A DNA stretch of 60,418 bases, counting the filler, from Catajapyx aquilonaris (taxonomy: Eukaryota), in NCBI GenBank assembly GCA_000934665.2. It is 2 parts of 2 records of this genome, joined end to end, with 100 filler letters (N's around TTAATTAATTAA, not from the genome) between each part and the next. Parts side by side here need not be neighbours in the genome. Positions count along the whole stretch, not along the records: positions 1 to 30,151 come from JYFJ02004680.1; positions 30,252 to 60,418 come from KZ539194.1. The stretch is one strand, 5' to 3'. The translations under genes were made by a program, and so were the position numbers. The notes under the pieces were generated by a model, which was given only the letters and a program-made list of their open reading frames with translations, searched no databases and was not told the origin of the DNA. Of this stretch, positions 24,629 through 37,046 are shown one piece after another (position 1 is the stretch's first letter; every line of letters starts with the position of its first letter).

Positions 24629-25372
24629 AAAATTTTTTAAACTATTTCATATGAACGCCTGACAAGTGTAGACTATATACGTACAATACAACATCAGATA
24701 CCGGTATTTGTTCTGGACTGTGGTATTAAATATATAAAATAATAATAAAGAGAACACGTGAACTTGCTGCATCTGAAGCAAAGAAAATAATGTACCGTAT
24801 TATTGTAAATCAAAAATCAAATCGTACAATATTTTCTTCTAGGTGAACATAACCAAATTATTCCTAATATTTCCTTTTTACAACACCTTTGATCTCTTTG
24901 TGCAGTTCATTACAGTTGGCGGTCGTAGTTTTTTGTAGCACTTTAACTTCTTCTTATACCGGTACCTTCTTGTTACGGTCATTACCCTCTTAATTTTGAA
25001 AACAAATGGAGGACAAAAAAGTGATATGCTTTATGGAATAAAGAGGCTTCATCGCCAACTTTTGTCACCAAGACTCGATTAGTTCAGCAGGGCAGATATT
25101 ATAGGCCCGGTAACGTTTCGGAAGACAATACCATGTTTGTTCGCATTTCTCTTCCCTTCACGACAGGCGAGAGAGCGTTGCACCTGTCATTAGGCTTCCT
25201 ACCACGCTTTATAATTAGTTCTTATCGATCATTCCGGTGACGTTTTGACGGAAGTCTGCAAAATGCTGTGGCATTCAATTCGACCGATTTGTCCTGCGAT
25301 TAGCTGGAATATACTGTGGATTGTTGATGCAGTGTTCAAGTTTGCCATCTGTGGACACCCTCTCTAGAGATA

Positions 25373-26120
25373 CAGGGGTTAGACAAAATAATTATAGGAA
25401 CACCTGCAAAAAGGGGTTCAAATTTCGCGTCTGTTTTATTCGAAAACTGGGAAAGTTACAAAAATGACTTTTACTAGGTTTTGCAGCTCCGCCGATGTAC
25501 ATTTGTGGGGGTGTGCAGATGACGCAAAAATCACGATAGGGGGACAGAAACAAAAGACGAACGACACTACCCCAGACCCCATTTTTGACCAAAGTGTTCC
25601 AAGCTTGTCATTTGAAAACCAAAATAGTTACAGATATGAACTTTACTGGGTTTTGAAACTCTACCGATTTCACTTTGTGAGGTATAGAGATGGACCAATA
25701 ATCATGCGAGGAGGCAGGGGAAAAAGAAACGAAACCTCCCTCCCCCGGCAATGATTTAAAGAATACGATGATCGTACAATGTGTTGGACAAAATAGCGAA
25801 TTTGTTAGCCATCTGTATACCACAAGAGTGACATAAGCAGAGCATAAAAACCCAGTGCATATCATTTCTGCAACTGTTTTGGTTTTCTAATTAAATATGA
25901 CTCATATTCTGAAATACTCGTACTTCGGTCAAAAATGGTTGTCTGGGGGTTTATCTCCTCCTATCATAATTTTTGCGTCATCTGCATACCCCCACAAATG
26001 TATATCGACGCATCTTCAAAACCTGACGTAAAAGTCATATTTGTAACTGTTCCAATTTTCGAATAAAACAGACGCGAAGTTTCAACCGCTTTTTGCAGGT
26101 GTTCTTATTATTTTTTTCTG
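25373..26120. mobile_element. Tc1/mariner-type MITE with long TIRs
   Basis: TA-flanked. Left end CAGGGGTTAGACAAAATAAT. Imperfect inverted repeats of about 200 bp (GAACACCTGCAAAAA...TTTCGCGTCTGTTTTATTCGAAAA...ACATTTGTGGGG...CAGATGACGCAAAAAT). The right terminus is partly deleted. Confidence 0.85.
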
Positions 26121-26490
26121 TATGTTTCACTCGTGTTCCTCAGTTCCCATCAGACCTGATGCAATTAATCTTCGTTTAGCTACCTGAATCTCAACCTTGT
26201 ACTACTTGGCATAAGCATTCCTGTCACATCTCCTTCCAGCTCTCCCCAGACAGGTCTACAAGCCCTGGAACTGAGCAACAAGAATACATACGTTTCCCGG
26301 ATTACATCAACAGGATCTAGTGACGTACCTTACCTGTGTTGAGTTGTCACTACATCCCAGCTACATCCATTACAAGCTAAGTTATTCATCTTTTCAAAAA
26401 GTGGCTCACCTAAGGCAGGAAACATATCACCACTCCCTCACCACTTTCCACCCGTTTTAACCGTAAGAGCTCTGGTACTGTAGCTCAACT

Positions 26491-27008
26491 ATGGCCCAGA
26501 ACAACATTTGCCAGATCGAGACATCCGACCCTGCTAAACTTCTAAAAGATTCCGATGACTGACTATTTGATCCATGCAAGGCAGGAAATACAACAAGAGT
26601 CCCTCCGCCACCTTCCACATGATCCAACCGGGACAGCTGGTTCTAGCTCATCCATGGCTCGTGGCTCCTCATAACAACCCCAGCCAGATTGAGACAGCAG
26701 ACCGTGCAAAACTTCCAAAAGACTCTTGGGTTGATCCCGGAGATCTCGCCTCTAGACAGGTGGCTGTCTCTATGTCGAAGTCCTACCCAGATATGCAGAT
26801 CATGCGGGAAAATCTGTGGGACCTATGAAAAGCTACTGCTCATAATCGGATCAAGCATCGAATTGTGATGGTCGACTACTGCCGAGAATGCAACGTAGTG
26901 ACTTTTGACGACAAAATCTTCAAAAAGCATCGCCAACTACATTTTTTCGTGAAGCTGAAAATAATGGCTCCTGTGTATTGGTTACATTCCACCCACCCTC
27001 ACAGATGA
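26491..27008 (+). pseudogene. Decayed gene with an internal peptide repeat and one C2H2 zinc finger
   Basis: The frame of ORF 26574-26828 continues past one TGA into YCRECNVVTFDDKIFKKHRQLH (C-x2-C-x12-H-x3-H, 26880-26942). The repeat NNICQIETSDPAKLLKDS / NNPSQIETADRAKLPKDS differs by several synonymous changes. Confidence 0.55.
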
Positions 27009-27029
27009 TTAGACTTTACAAGACCACAA

Positions 27030-27110
27030 AGCGGACTACCTATTGGACCTATTGGACCACGCAGCGGACTACCTCTTGAACCCCACAGCGGGCAACCTCT
27101 TGGACCTTAC
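27030..27110 (+). repeat. Short tandem repeat (GCGGACTACCT.TTGGACC-like, about 3 copies)
   Basis: Direct reading. Confidence 0.75.
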
Positions 27111-30100
27111 TTTTTGGACCAACACTGTTGTAAATACAACCTTAAAATTCTAATGTTCATGCCATGCAACCCCCTCATCCGTGATCAAATACAAGAGATA
27201 AACAAAAAGCGCCAAAAATGTGTGTCCACTTCATTCCAGCAGAAAAGTCACACTCACGCACTGAAGCAGTTGTGACTGATGTTACGAATTTGAAGAGGTA
27301 GTTATTCAACAATACCATTTCACTAAATCATTTGCTATATTACACAGCATACTTCATTTAGCTTACATTAGTATGGACAGAAATGTAATTTACGCCCACA
27401 AAACCCCTTGCCACCCTGCAGGGTAAGAAGGGGAGACAGGGAAGGGAGAAAAGAAAGAGAAAGTGGGAGTTGCCAAAGGAGAGAACTCAAATGCTACAGT
27501 ATAGAACCTACCCATAGCAATGTTAATTTAAATCGCCCATCTTTGCTACATCACCGTCACTTTTCATAACCATCGTTAATACTGTGTAACATCAATATCG
27601 TTACTATACGGAAAATTCAGACCTCCTGAGGCACCATCGTCTAGAGGCGTTCCCAAAGCGTCCCCCAAATATCCCACAGCCACAGTTACGTTCACCTTAC
27701 GAAATTTTGACTGCAGCCATATAACCCCTCCCTTTTCATGCCACCCCCTGCCTTTTTCGCCCCCCCCCCCCTCCCTTATTGCCGGCAAGGTATTTGAGCC
27801 GAGCTGATCTCCCTGGTGCTCCAATCGATATTCGCCTTCGGCAGCCAAGCCGTAATTAAAAGCGTTGCTGGCGCTTGATGTTTACAGTGCCTCGTCTCTT
27901 CCTCCGTTTTTCCGTGGGGTTTGCGACAAGCCCTAGGGGAAAAAGACGCCACTTGTCCTTTCTCTGCTTTGCCTCCTCCATCCCCTGCCTCCCTCGCCTT
28001 CTAGCTATGTCCCGCTAACACAACCATTCTAGCTGGATGCAATTTGAGACTCGCACACACTTTTTTTCCTCTTTTCTCTCGGCTTTCTGGAACATCTTCC
28101 TTAATTATAACAACTCATCGTTTCATGGGATGGCTTCTATTTTTCTCCTGGGAAAAGTAAATTATGGAACTTGTTTTAAGTTTCACTTCCGGTTGGGAGT
28201 CGGTATTAGTCTCTTCTTTTGCCACTGATCAGTGATCATTGAGATGTATGGTTAAATTATTGTGTCAGGTTACCATGGTGGTGAGATTTTCAACCGCAGT
28301 CGACCCCAACTTCATTTTCCAACATGGTAATTAAAGAAAGGCCCTCTTCCCTTCAAGCGAATTCACTAATTAGAAAGCATGCAGTGCCGTAAACACTCTC
28401 AATTCTCCCTATACTGTTATTAACCAAGAGGGATTATATTTTAAAGGTGAAATACAGTAAAGGGGCTGCTACTGTATTAACCCATATGCCTACTTTTCAC
28501 ACGCCCCAACTTTCTTACAGTCAGTTAATTTTCTTAATAAACTTGATGGTGCTTATGAATGCCATTATTGCTTGAATTCAAGGCCGCACAATTTACATAC
28601 GGATCTTTTGAGAAAAGGTATGCGAATTGGCCGGATAAGTCGTTAAGGCACATGGTAAGCGACTAAGGCGGTAATTAGTAGTTAGATCAATGTGGTGTTC
28701 TCATGAATATTTGCGCATGTATACATAATGTTGAAACGTGCACTGCACCAGGTCGATTATTAATATGTTAATATTTGATCGGCTCTATCAGGTTGCGCTA
28801 GCGGGGCATGTAAGCTTCTATACTACTTGTATTATGCACATACCGGAAAGCAAGCTGTTATCAGGGTGAATTTGATAGGCTTTTTGAGTAGACATGCACA
28901 AAAGTCGATATATCGCAGCCTTAGGACACCGGGAGTAACTTGACTTATTTCATTGTTTGGGTATATCCACATTGAGTTTAACCATGCAAGAAAACATGCC
29001 CCCTATAACGGATCCTGGATGTAGCGGTTAAACGTGTCTATTGTGGAAATTCTTTATACTGTAGAACAGAGCTATACACTGGACCACCATGTATACCGGT
29101 GCAGGTTTCACTGTATTATTATTTGAGAGGCAAAAAAATATGCTTCTAACATGTGCTGTACAGGAAATTCTTGCAAATTTAATAATATTAAGGCATGACA
29201 AAATGTGCATATGCCAGCTGAATTTTTAATGCAACCCTAACAAAGTTTCCTGATGCCAAACATGACCAGGGTTTTAAAAATGCATCGTATAACAAGAAAC
29301 TTTATGCTTGAATTCATTTTCTGCCGCTTTGTAAACTTCTTTACTACATACCCATGCTGCTCCGCAGTGTTGGCAAAAAGGTCGAATTTCTGTGATGTCC
29401 TTCAACATGGAAGGGGGCAAAAAAAGGACAATAGAAGCACGGGACGAATCTATCCGATCCCACATCGACCTGAAAGTAAGGCTTTGCAATTTGAGACTAA
29501 TCCCAGTCCCTCGTAAAATGGCTGTAAAAAATGCATTTCCATCTTTATTTCGGCGGAGATTTGGCGAATGTGACTTGTCCAGCATCAGACCATCTTCAAG
29601 CCCCAAACCCTTTACACTTGACCCCCTTTTTTCCAGGCGACTCACCAAAATAAGAACCGATTTTTCTCATCAGTTTCGACCGCTTTGACCTACAGTGATA
29701 CAAATTCTCGTCCCGAAAAACTGGTGTCGAATGAAAACTGCGCGGTACATCACAATGGATTGTTTAAACTACCCCCTAGTGTTGTTATTGCAGCGTTAAA
29801 CATTAATCCTCGTTTTACAGTGCAGTGCAATGTGACCCTTCGACTTTCCAGCTCCTGTACGTTATACTGCGTATACAACTTGTCCAACAAGAAACACTGC
29901 TGTACTGATACAAAATTATATTCGTTGCGCTATTTTTTAGTGCAAGCAGAAACTATTAAGTGATTTTAAGCAGTTAAAAGTAATTGCTACTCTTCATACC
30001 CAAGTTGTCAAAAACGGACTGAAAGGTATAATCAAGTGAAAATATCAATAAATATATTTAAAACACAACATAAAACGACACATTAATATCTCCAGCTGCA

Positions 30101-30151
30101 AATTCAGCTGAATAAATTCTCCTAATATGGCAAATCCCCCCCCCCCCCCCC

Positions 30152-30251
30152 NNNNNNNNNNNNNNNNNNNNNNNNNNNNNNNNNNNNNNNNNNNNTTAAT
30201 TAATTAANNNNNNNNNNNNNNNNNNNNNNNNNNNNNNNNNNNNNNNNNNNN
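30152..30251. other. Assembly gap with artificial spacer
   Basis: 44 N + TTAATTAATTAA (stops in all six frames) + 44 N = exactly 100 nt. Confidence 0.97.
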
Positions 30252-32659
30252 ATAATTGCGTAATTATTTCGCGTGAATGGCTAAGTTGGTACCCCTGACG
30301 TTCTAAGGTATTGCAGCTGGAAGTTGCAGCCAGAATCACTCCGGTTATGTCTGAAAGCCGAGCAAGAGATGGATGTAGAAAATATTAGTCAGGCTAGGAA
30401 AGTGGCATTTGCGTAGCACAGCATTTGAGCATCCATCATAAGCAGATAAGAGCACAAAACTGTCAATAAAAATAATAATCCAAGAACTGAATAAAAATAA
30501 TATATCTCCACTTTCAACAGCTTTGAGCTAATCTAGAGGGAAAAGATGGAATCTTGCGATGGTTTCTTACAGGAATCAAGATTTTTGAAACCAAATCAAA
30601 TCCAATGAACAATTTTTGGAGCATAATCAGTACCATTCAATGAGGCTCTTTTTGCCTTTTCATAATTGCTAATAACTCAAAATCACGATTTTAGAAAAAA
30701 AAATAAAGAATGGCGTCATCCAGTTTGCTTTTCTATGTAAAAACGTGGATTTATATGCGGACAACTGCAGTTGTCCGCATATAAATCCACGTTTAACACA
30801 AAGGACCCGGTGGATGCCGTACTAATGAATTAGGCTGTAAGCTAATAAGTCCGCCAACAAAATTACCTGGTTACGTTACTCGCATTACATAGAACAATAA
30901 TAATACTCATTGAGAATTAGGTCCCCGGATTTCGTTCTTGCTCCAGGGCCCCAACACCCCTTCGTCCGGGCTTGACCACACGTGTACGTGCCTTTTGAGA
31001 ATGTACTACAACTGGTTTATCCTGTTGAAAGGACGGTTCGTAACATTGAAAAAAGCCACTATCAGAATGATGTCAGTGTTTTCGGTGCTAACCTGCTCAA
31101 CTCGACTGCATGCTCGACTGACGCTTGTCAGATGGAAAAATGTTGCAACTTGTAGAGGCATAATAATACAAGATAATCAGCCCTGCAGTCTGCCTGCAGT
31201 ATAAGGGGAAAGCCTACCAAATTATTTTACAAAATGAAGACCTATAGTAAAAAAGGTAGTAAGCGCCAAAAATGCGAAAATGGAGATATGCAGTAAAAAC
31301 AGAAGTAAATGCCAAGGGCTATATTGTAAAATAGGCATCAAGTGCCAGAAGCAACACGTATAGTAGTTTTTCTTGCAGTCAATAGAATGTTATTTCCTAT
31401 GTCACCCCATAGTGATGCCAGGAGAAAAAACTTATTTTCTCCATTCTCCCAAAATGGCACTTACAACCTTTTTTTACTATATAGGTCTTCAAATATTAAT
31501 AGACTACAACGTATTATGCCACACCTCATGATTCGAAAACATGTTAAGCGTACAGTATATGCGTGCTGAAAAGCTGATGAGTTCCTGTCATGGACCTTCT
31601 GCGAATTTACATCACAAGAAATGGCAAGGTTGCGAAATATTATTTACAATCGAGTCATCATTTGTCATGGCCGATAAAGGGCTTTTACGCAGCGTAATTT
31701 GCTTCCCTGTAGCGTAACAGTAATCTTACCCCACAAGAAGATAAACGGGCTCACCTTGTTGGCGTTGGCGTAGAAGTGAAGATATAGAGCTACCAGTTGT
31801 AAAAACCTGAGCTACAAATAAAAAAATTTTGAATAGAAAACATTGCCAAGAAAAAACGCGACAATAACCGGAAACCTTGTAACAAAAATATTAGAGTCGT
31901 GTGGATGTAGCCTTTTAAACTACATAAATTCAGAAGCGTTATTCCACTTCTATAGGTCTGAGACTTACAATCTTTCAATATTACGCAATGACAGTACTTG
32001 CGGCTACATTAGCCAACTTGCCTATCGTAGCACTTTTATTCACCACTTGCACAAAGTTGCTTACATAGTCGAGTTTTTAAAAACACTTCAATGATCTAAA
32101 CAATAATTATTAACTGTACTGCACATGAGCGATGGTCAACAATCGTATGTGCAATCAGCGGAGATAAACCCCAGGCTGGTAGTTTCGACTTCTTCGGCAG
32201 CAGGCCACATACGCCAGCATACTCATACGCCCACATTATTATGGTGGATGACTTGACTTGGGGTGTCCTTCATAATTAGACAGGAAGATTGCGCGGTTAG
32301 AGGCGCCGGATCTGGGTATATATGCATGTGTTGCATAATATTCACAGGTCACAAAGTCTTGGCTAATATAAATAATATTACCTTATGGTGCAGCTTTCAT
32401 CAGCTGCATAGAGATTACTCAAGATTTAATTACGAAAACACGTAAGCACGCGTATGGCATTATTGCAATATGAGAGGTAGAATAAAAAAATAATTTATCG
32501 AAAATTAAGGACCGTTTATTGAGATTGGGCAAAATGTATGACTTCACCAAGGGGCCGATGACTATCAACAATGAAAATAATTGTGTAAGTAAACAATATT
32601 AAATTCTCGTGGCTTTGTTTTCCGGTTGCAACAACATACTACTAGACTGTGCATAATAT

Positions 32660-33110
32660 TATGCCCGATCTCGTTTTGAGCAGAGATGCTGACGGATATT
32701 TTTCCTGATATTCGTGTCTTGTTTTGTTTACATGAAATCTTGACTTGGCATCTTTTCGAGCACGACGCGATGCCGCGCAGCCTGTTAAACAAATAAAAAT
32801 AAACAATATTACATTACAGCATGCCTGAGATCTCTATAGGGGTTGCTGTAATCACAGGAAAACGATAACATTAGAACACAGACAATTATTTGAAATATGC
32901 GGGCGTAAGTATACTAGTGTGTAGGTCGCAATAAATATCGGCATAATTATACTGTACGTCAACCAATATTGGTATGTTCAATTAGTGTACAAAGTCACAA
33001 CATGACCCAGCAATGACCTGGGGAAAGCTGATAACATGATAATTTCAATCTGCTGCCGTTTGTGCCCTTTGCCATTCTCTTATCTACTGATTTCAATATC
33101 TCTGCGACAT
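32660..33110 (+). repeat. Old dispersed repeat, inverted homolog of about 51870-52410
   Basis: Shared blocks, e.g. GCAGAGATATTGAAAT..GATAAG.GAATGGCAAA.GG, GTTATCAGCT..GGTCATTG..CATGTTGTGACT.TGTAC and CTGCT.AAAACGAG.TC. Confidence 0.7.
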
Positions 33111-34816
33111 GGACTTTTAGCTTTGACTGGCTGAAGTGTAGCCATAGCCAACAATGTTACAGTTGTAGACTCCGAATATAGGGAATAGCAGACTTCCAAG
33201 GACAGCGGAAATCAGTCTGTTATGACCTCAATAGAGTCCAAACCAGACCAAGACAAACTGAAGAAAATTATAGTCCCTATGCTGCACTTGCCACTTGCTT
33301 TTGAAATCTATGCATGTAAAATAATTAATGATGTAATAAATGAAGCGTAACCAAAATGAAACCTATTTTTTCCTGCATGGAATTAAATTTTTTCTTGAGC
33401 TATAATGACTTGTATTATTATTAAATTTATAGCAGTTAGCATCGGTGTACAGTACTGCACTAATCAGATCGAAAGCATTAATATTGCATTCATGATTTTC
33501 TGGATGTAAGAGCTTTTGCTTATACAGTTAGCCTGCAATGTACATTTTAAGTACATATAACAATGCTGATTTTATTCATTTGATTTTTCATTATTACTAT
33601 ACTGACCTCTAATGCTTTAAATTATTCCCACCTTATAATGTGGTCGCGAAAAATATGGATGTAACAATTTGTGTAAAAAACAAAATTTTGACTAGTGATA
33701 TAAACCCAAGACCGCTCATTATTCACGGCTCTTCAGCTGTTGAAGTACGCATTTTATTGCACCCCTCCTTTTATTTACGGTACGTGATTAGCAAACCCCA
33801 TTGTATAACATGAGCTATTGTATTGTAGTAAAATTTATAAATGAATTAATAACTTATAATATTTTACTTGATGCGTATATGTCTCGCGTACAGGAGATTG
33901 TGTGATTACTGACAGATTAAAGTTTAAACAATCGTAATCAATGTCCGTTAGAGCTCTCTGGCTTAACAAAATGTGGCTAAAAATAGTACCTATACAATCT
34001 GTGACACCAAGGCCTATTCGGGTTGGAATTTATGATGTACGGTGACTTTTTTCTTCCGCCACCAATCGACTGGAAGTACTCCTGAAGTATTCGGATTTAC
34101 GGATGGTATTGCCTTGTAGGAGACAAGCTGTCTCTTTTGCACAGCCAGTGAAAAGGATGGGTTCTAATTCCTATTTCCCTTCAGGTGCTCGTGCAAAAAA
34201 ATACCACCTTATTCCTCGTAACATTAATATTGGTAGTCAATTGGCTGAGTGTCTGGACGCTAGAAGTTTCTCGCACAAGAGGACTATACGGCCGACTCTG
34301 GCACGTGAAACTTTTACACGGGTTCTTCAAGACCGTGGTCAAGGACACCCACTCTCACATCTCCCTCATATTCATTTTTATTTTTTATTTTAATTGCCCC
34401 GGAGGGCTTTACAAGCATTTGGGGGGAGACAAAACCAGTTTTTTTTGGTCCATTAGAGTGGCATAAAAATTTCTGAAAACATTCTCAACCTACTTAAACT
34501 GGCAAAAAGAAAGTCACACAATGGAGGAAAAAAATCATTTTATTATCTGTTTATCAGCAAAAATACTGTGTGTATGTCAGGGCGGCAACTGGGGGGGGGG
34601 GGGNGGGGGGGGGGGGGCGCTCCCACGTTGCCACGCTGCCGACAAATAATAAATTTTCACTAATGGAGAAGACTGAATGAAGGCATTTTTTCTTCTTCTT
34701 AAAACAGGTTCAAACACCTAACACACGTCCCAAATAGTATCATTTGTCCCCTTTGGTAATATTATTGCTTCTATCAACACAGAGGCATAAAGTGATTCAA
34801 ACAAGACATACTTATG

Positions 34817-35445
34817 ATTATCACAAAAACCTTCCATTCTGTAAAAAAAAGGGTAGTAAGACCTCTATGGCGGATAGAAATTAATTAAACAAGACAGGTA
34901 TGCGTAAGACCTAGCTTCACTAGATTATTATTAAAGGATATCGTAATGCTACATTACGAAGGGTATGTGTAAAATTTTTACTAATATGTGTATATGTAAG
35001 CAGGGTCTTACTCATGCATTTCTTTATATTATGATATATAATACAGATATCATGATCGTCATACCATGATTGATATGGTAATTTGTGATTTTCTCAGACT
35101 AATTTTAAGTATGTAGAACTAATAATAATATTATTATTATAATTCGTAATGATATCAGAAGTTCATAGGCTTGCAGCATTGGTTGACAATAAGAGACACG
35201 TCTCATCCAATATTTTCAGCAAATTATAATATAAAGAAATGCATGAGTAAGACCCTGCTTACATATTCACATATTAGTAAAAATTTTACACATATACCCT
35301 TCGTAATGTAGCATTACGATATCCTTTAATAATAATCTAGTGAAGCTAGGTCTTATGCATACCTGTCTTGTTTAATTAATTTCTATCCGCCATAGAGGTC
35401 TTACTACCCTTTTTTTTTTACAGAATGGAAGGTTTTTGTGATAAT
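34817..35445. repeat. Near-identical inverted duplication (arms about 215-220 bp, spacer about 195 bp)
   Basis: 34817-35031 is the reverse complement of 35226-35445 with only a few substitutions or indels. No convincing TSD. Confidence 0.95.
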
Positions 35446-35511
35446 TGCAGTTCTTTTTTTTAAATTTATGTGCTTGGTACATGCTGTCAAACAGTTTATC
35501 TGAAGGAAACT

Positions 35512-35832
35512 TCACAGAGTATGCATTTTAATGACATATTTATTATGACAGAGCCAATTAGGCCATGCGGATTTAGCCATGAGGGATTTAGCCATGCGGG
35601 AAGAATCATAGATCTTTGTGATTCCTTTCTTGTAGCGCCTTTTTAGCCGAGCCTTATGCAGACGCGCAATTGCCCCTTTCTTCTGGTGTTCTGCCGCCTG
35701 TTCTGGAATTTTTTTTTGGTTTTTTTGTTTTTTTTGGCCATATAGGAGGGCTTTGGTGGGATCATCCTTCTGGCTTTCCCTGACATACCTTTCCCTACGT
35801 GCCTTTCTAAGTTTCTGTCTTTTACTCGGCAT
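35512..35832 (-). CDS. Small highly basic hypothetical protein (106 aa)
   Basis: ATG-initiated ORF MPSKRQKLRKARRERYVR..., 32 of 106 residues K/R by hand count. TATA-like ATATATAG at 35946-35953 upstream on the same strand. AATAAA near the 3' end of the ORF. Confidence 0.35.
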   Translation of the reverse strand: MPSKRQKLRKARRERYVRESQKDDPTKALLYGQKKQKNQKKIPEQAAEHQKKGAIARLHKARLKRRYKKGITKIYDSSRMAKSLMAKSAWPNWLCHNKYVIKMHTL

Positions 35833-37046
35833 GATTGTGACTTACTTGAGTTGAATAGTTGGATGTAACATTGATGTTTTGGGATGAGATAACATGGTAT
35901 GATGATGAAGAGGGTGTGTTCACAGCGAAGCAGCTAAGAAGTAGTCTATATATGGTCCAGTACGAGGGTGGGAAGGGGAAAAGAGAAGGTGAATGGGAGT
36001 GATAAGAAATTATACTATATTATAATTTTGAATATGAGACTGGCATTCCTCGCATGATGCACTTACCAAGTCCACAAGTACCAAGCTGAAAATCTCGGAA
36101 CGGAGGTGGTGGTAGGTGAAGGAGTGGATTGGAAAGCTTTGATAATGGAAGCAAAAATATTTTAACGCCTGCCTCAATTAAAGCGGAACTATCGTAGTTG
36201 TTTCCATTACATCGTTTCTAAGAAATAGTGAAACTAATTATTAATAAAGAATGTTTAAATTTTTTATAGAGAGTTACATCGTTGCTAAGAAAAGAACTTT
36301 ATTATTATAGAGAATACCGATATAAGATTTTTTTTCTGGCGTTGTACGAAGGAATTCGCTATAACCTGACAGGAAAAGGATCGTCCGTCACGCCGAGTTG
36401 GTGTCATGTTCAAACTGTGAAACCTTTATCTGTAAGGGTTTTTGAGTTATGCTTCGTCAAAAAAGCGGAACATTTCATTGTTGTTTTCGGTCGTTTGGTC
36501 TTACTACAGGGACTATCGTCCCTACAATATCTATGTGAATGCGATAGGTTCCCAATTTTCCAATATTTTCCCACAGACTGTAATAATAATTATCTACACA
36601 ATATTCCTTGTCATTCATCACTAAAATAATACAAAAGAAGAGTGTAGTGTGTTTGGACACAGTGTGTTGCAATTTGGTTGCCATGATGTGTTTATGTTTA
36701 TATTGTTTTATTTTCATTTTTTTCCTGGTTCTCCTGGTTATGACAGATATTTGTAAGAATACACTTGAATTTCCTTCAAAATGACTATCATTAAGTTCAG
36801 GTAACAGATTCTAGGAAAGAAATCTTGCCAAATTCATGAGATTTTTATTTTATTTTTATTTTTTTAGCGAAAAAGCGCATCTTTGGGTACATCAAGTTTT
36901 CACTGGGTGTATTTAGTTCGACTAAAACTTTTTAGAAAACATCCATTAAGTTAATGATTTTTTGCATCTCGTGTGGAAATAGTCTAATTTGTTAGCACAC
37001 TCGTTAACGGAAAAAAACGACAAAATAGGTACCTTTTAACACCTAT

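Noticed and set aside
30196..30207. TTAATTAATTAA island inside an N run
   Set aside because: The symmetric 44N-12-44N layout is an artificial scaffolding spacer, not biology.
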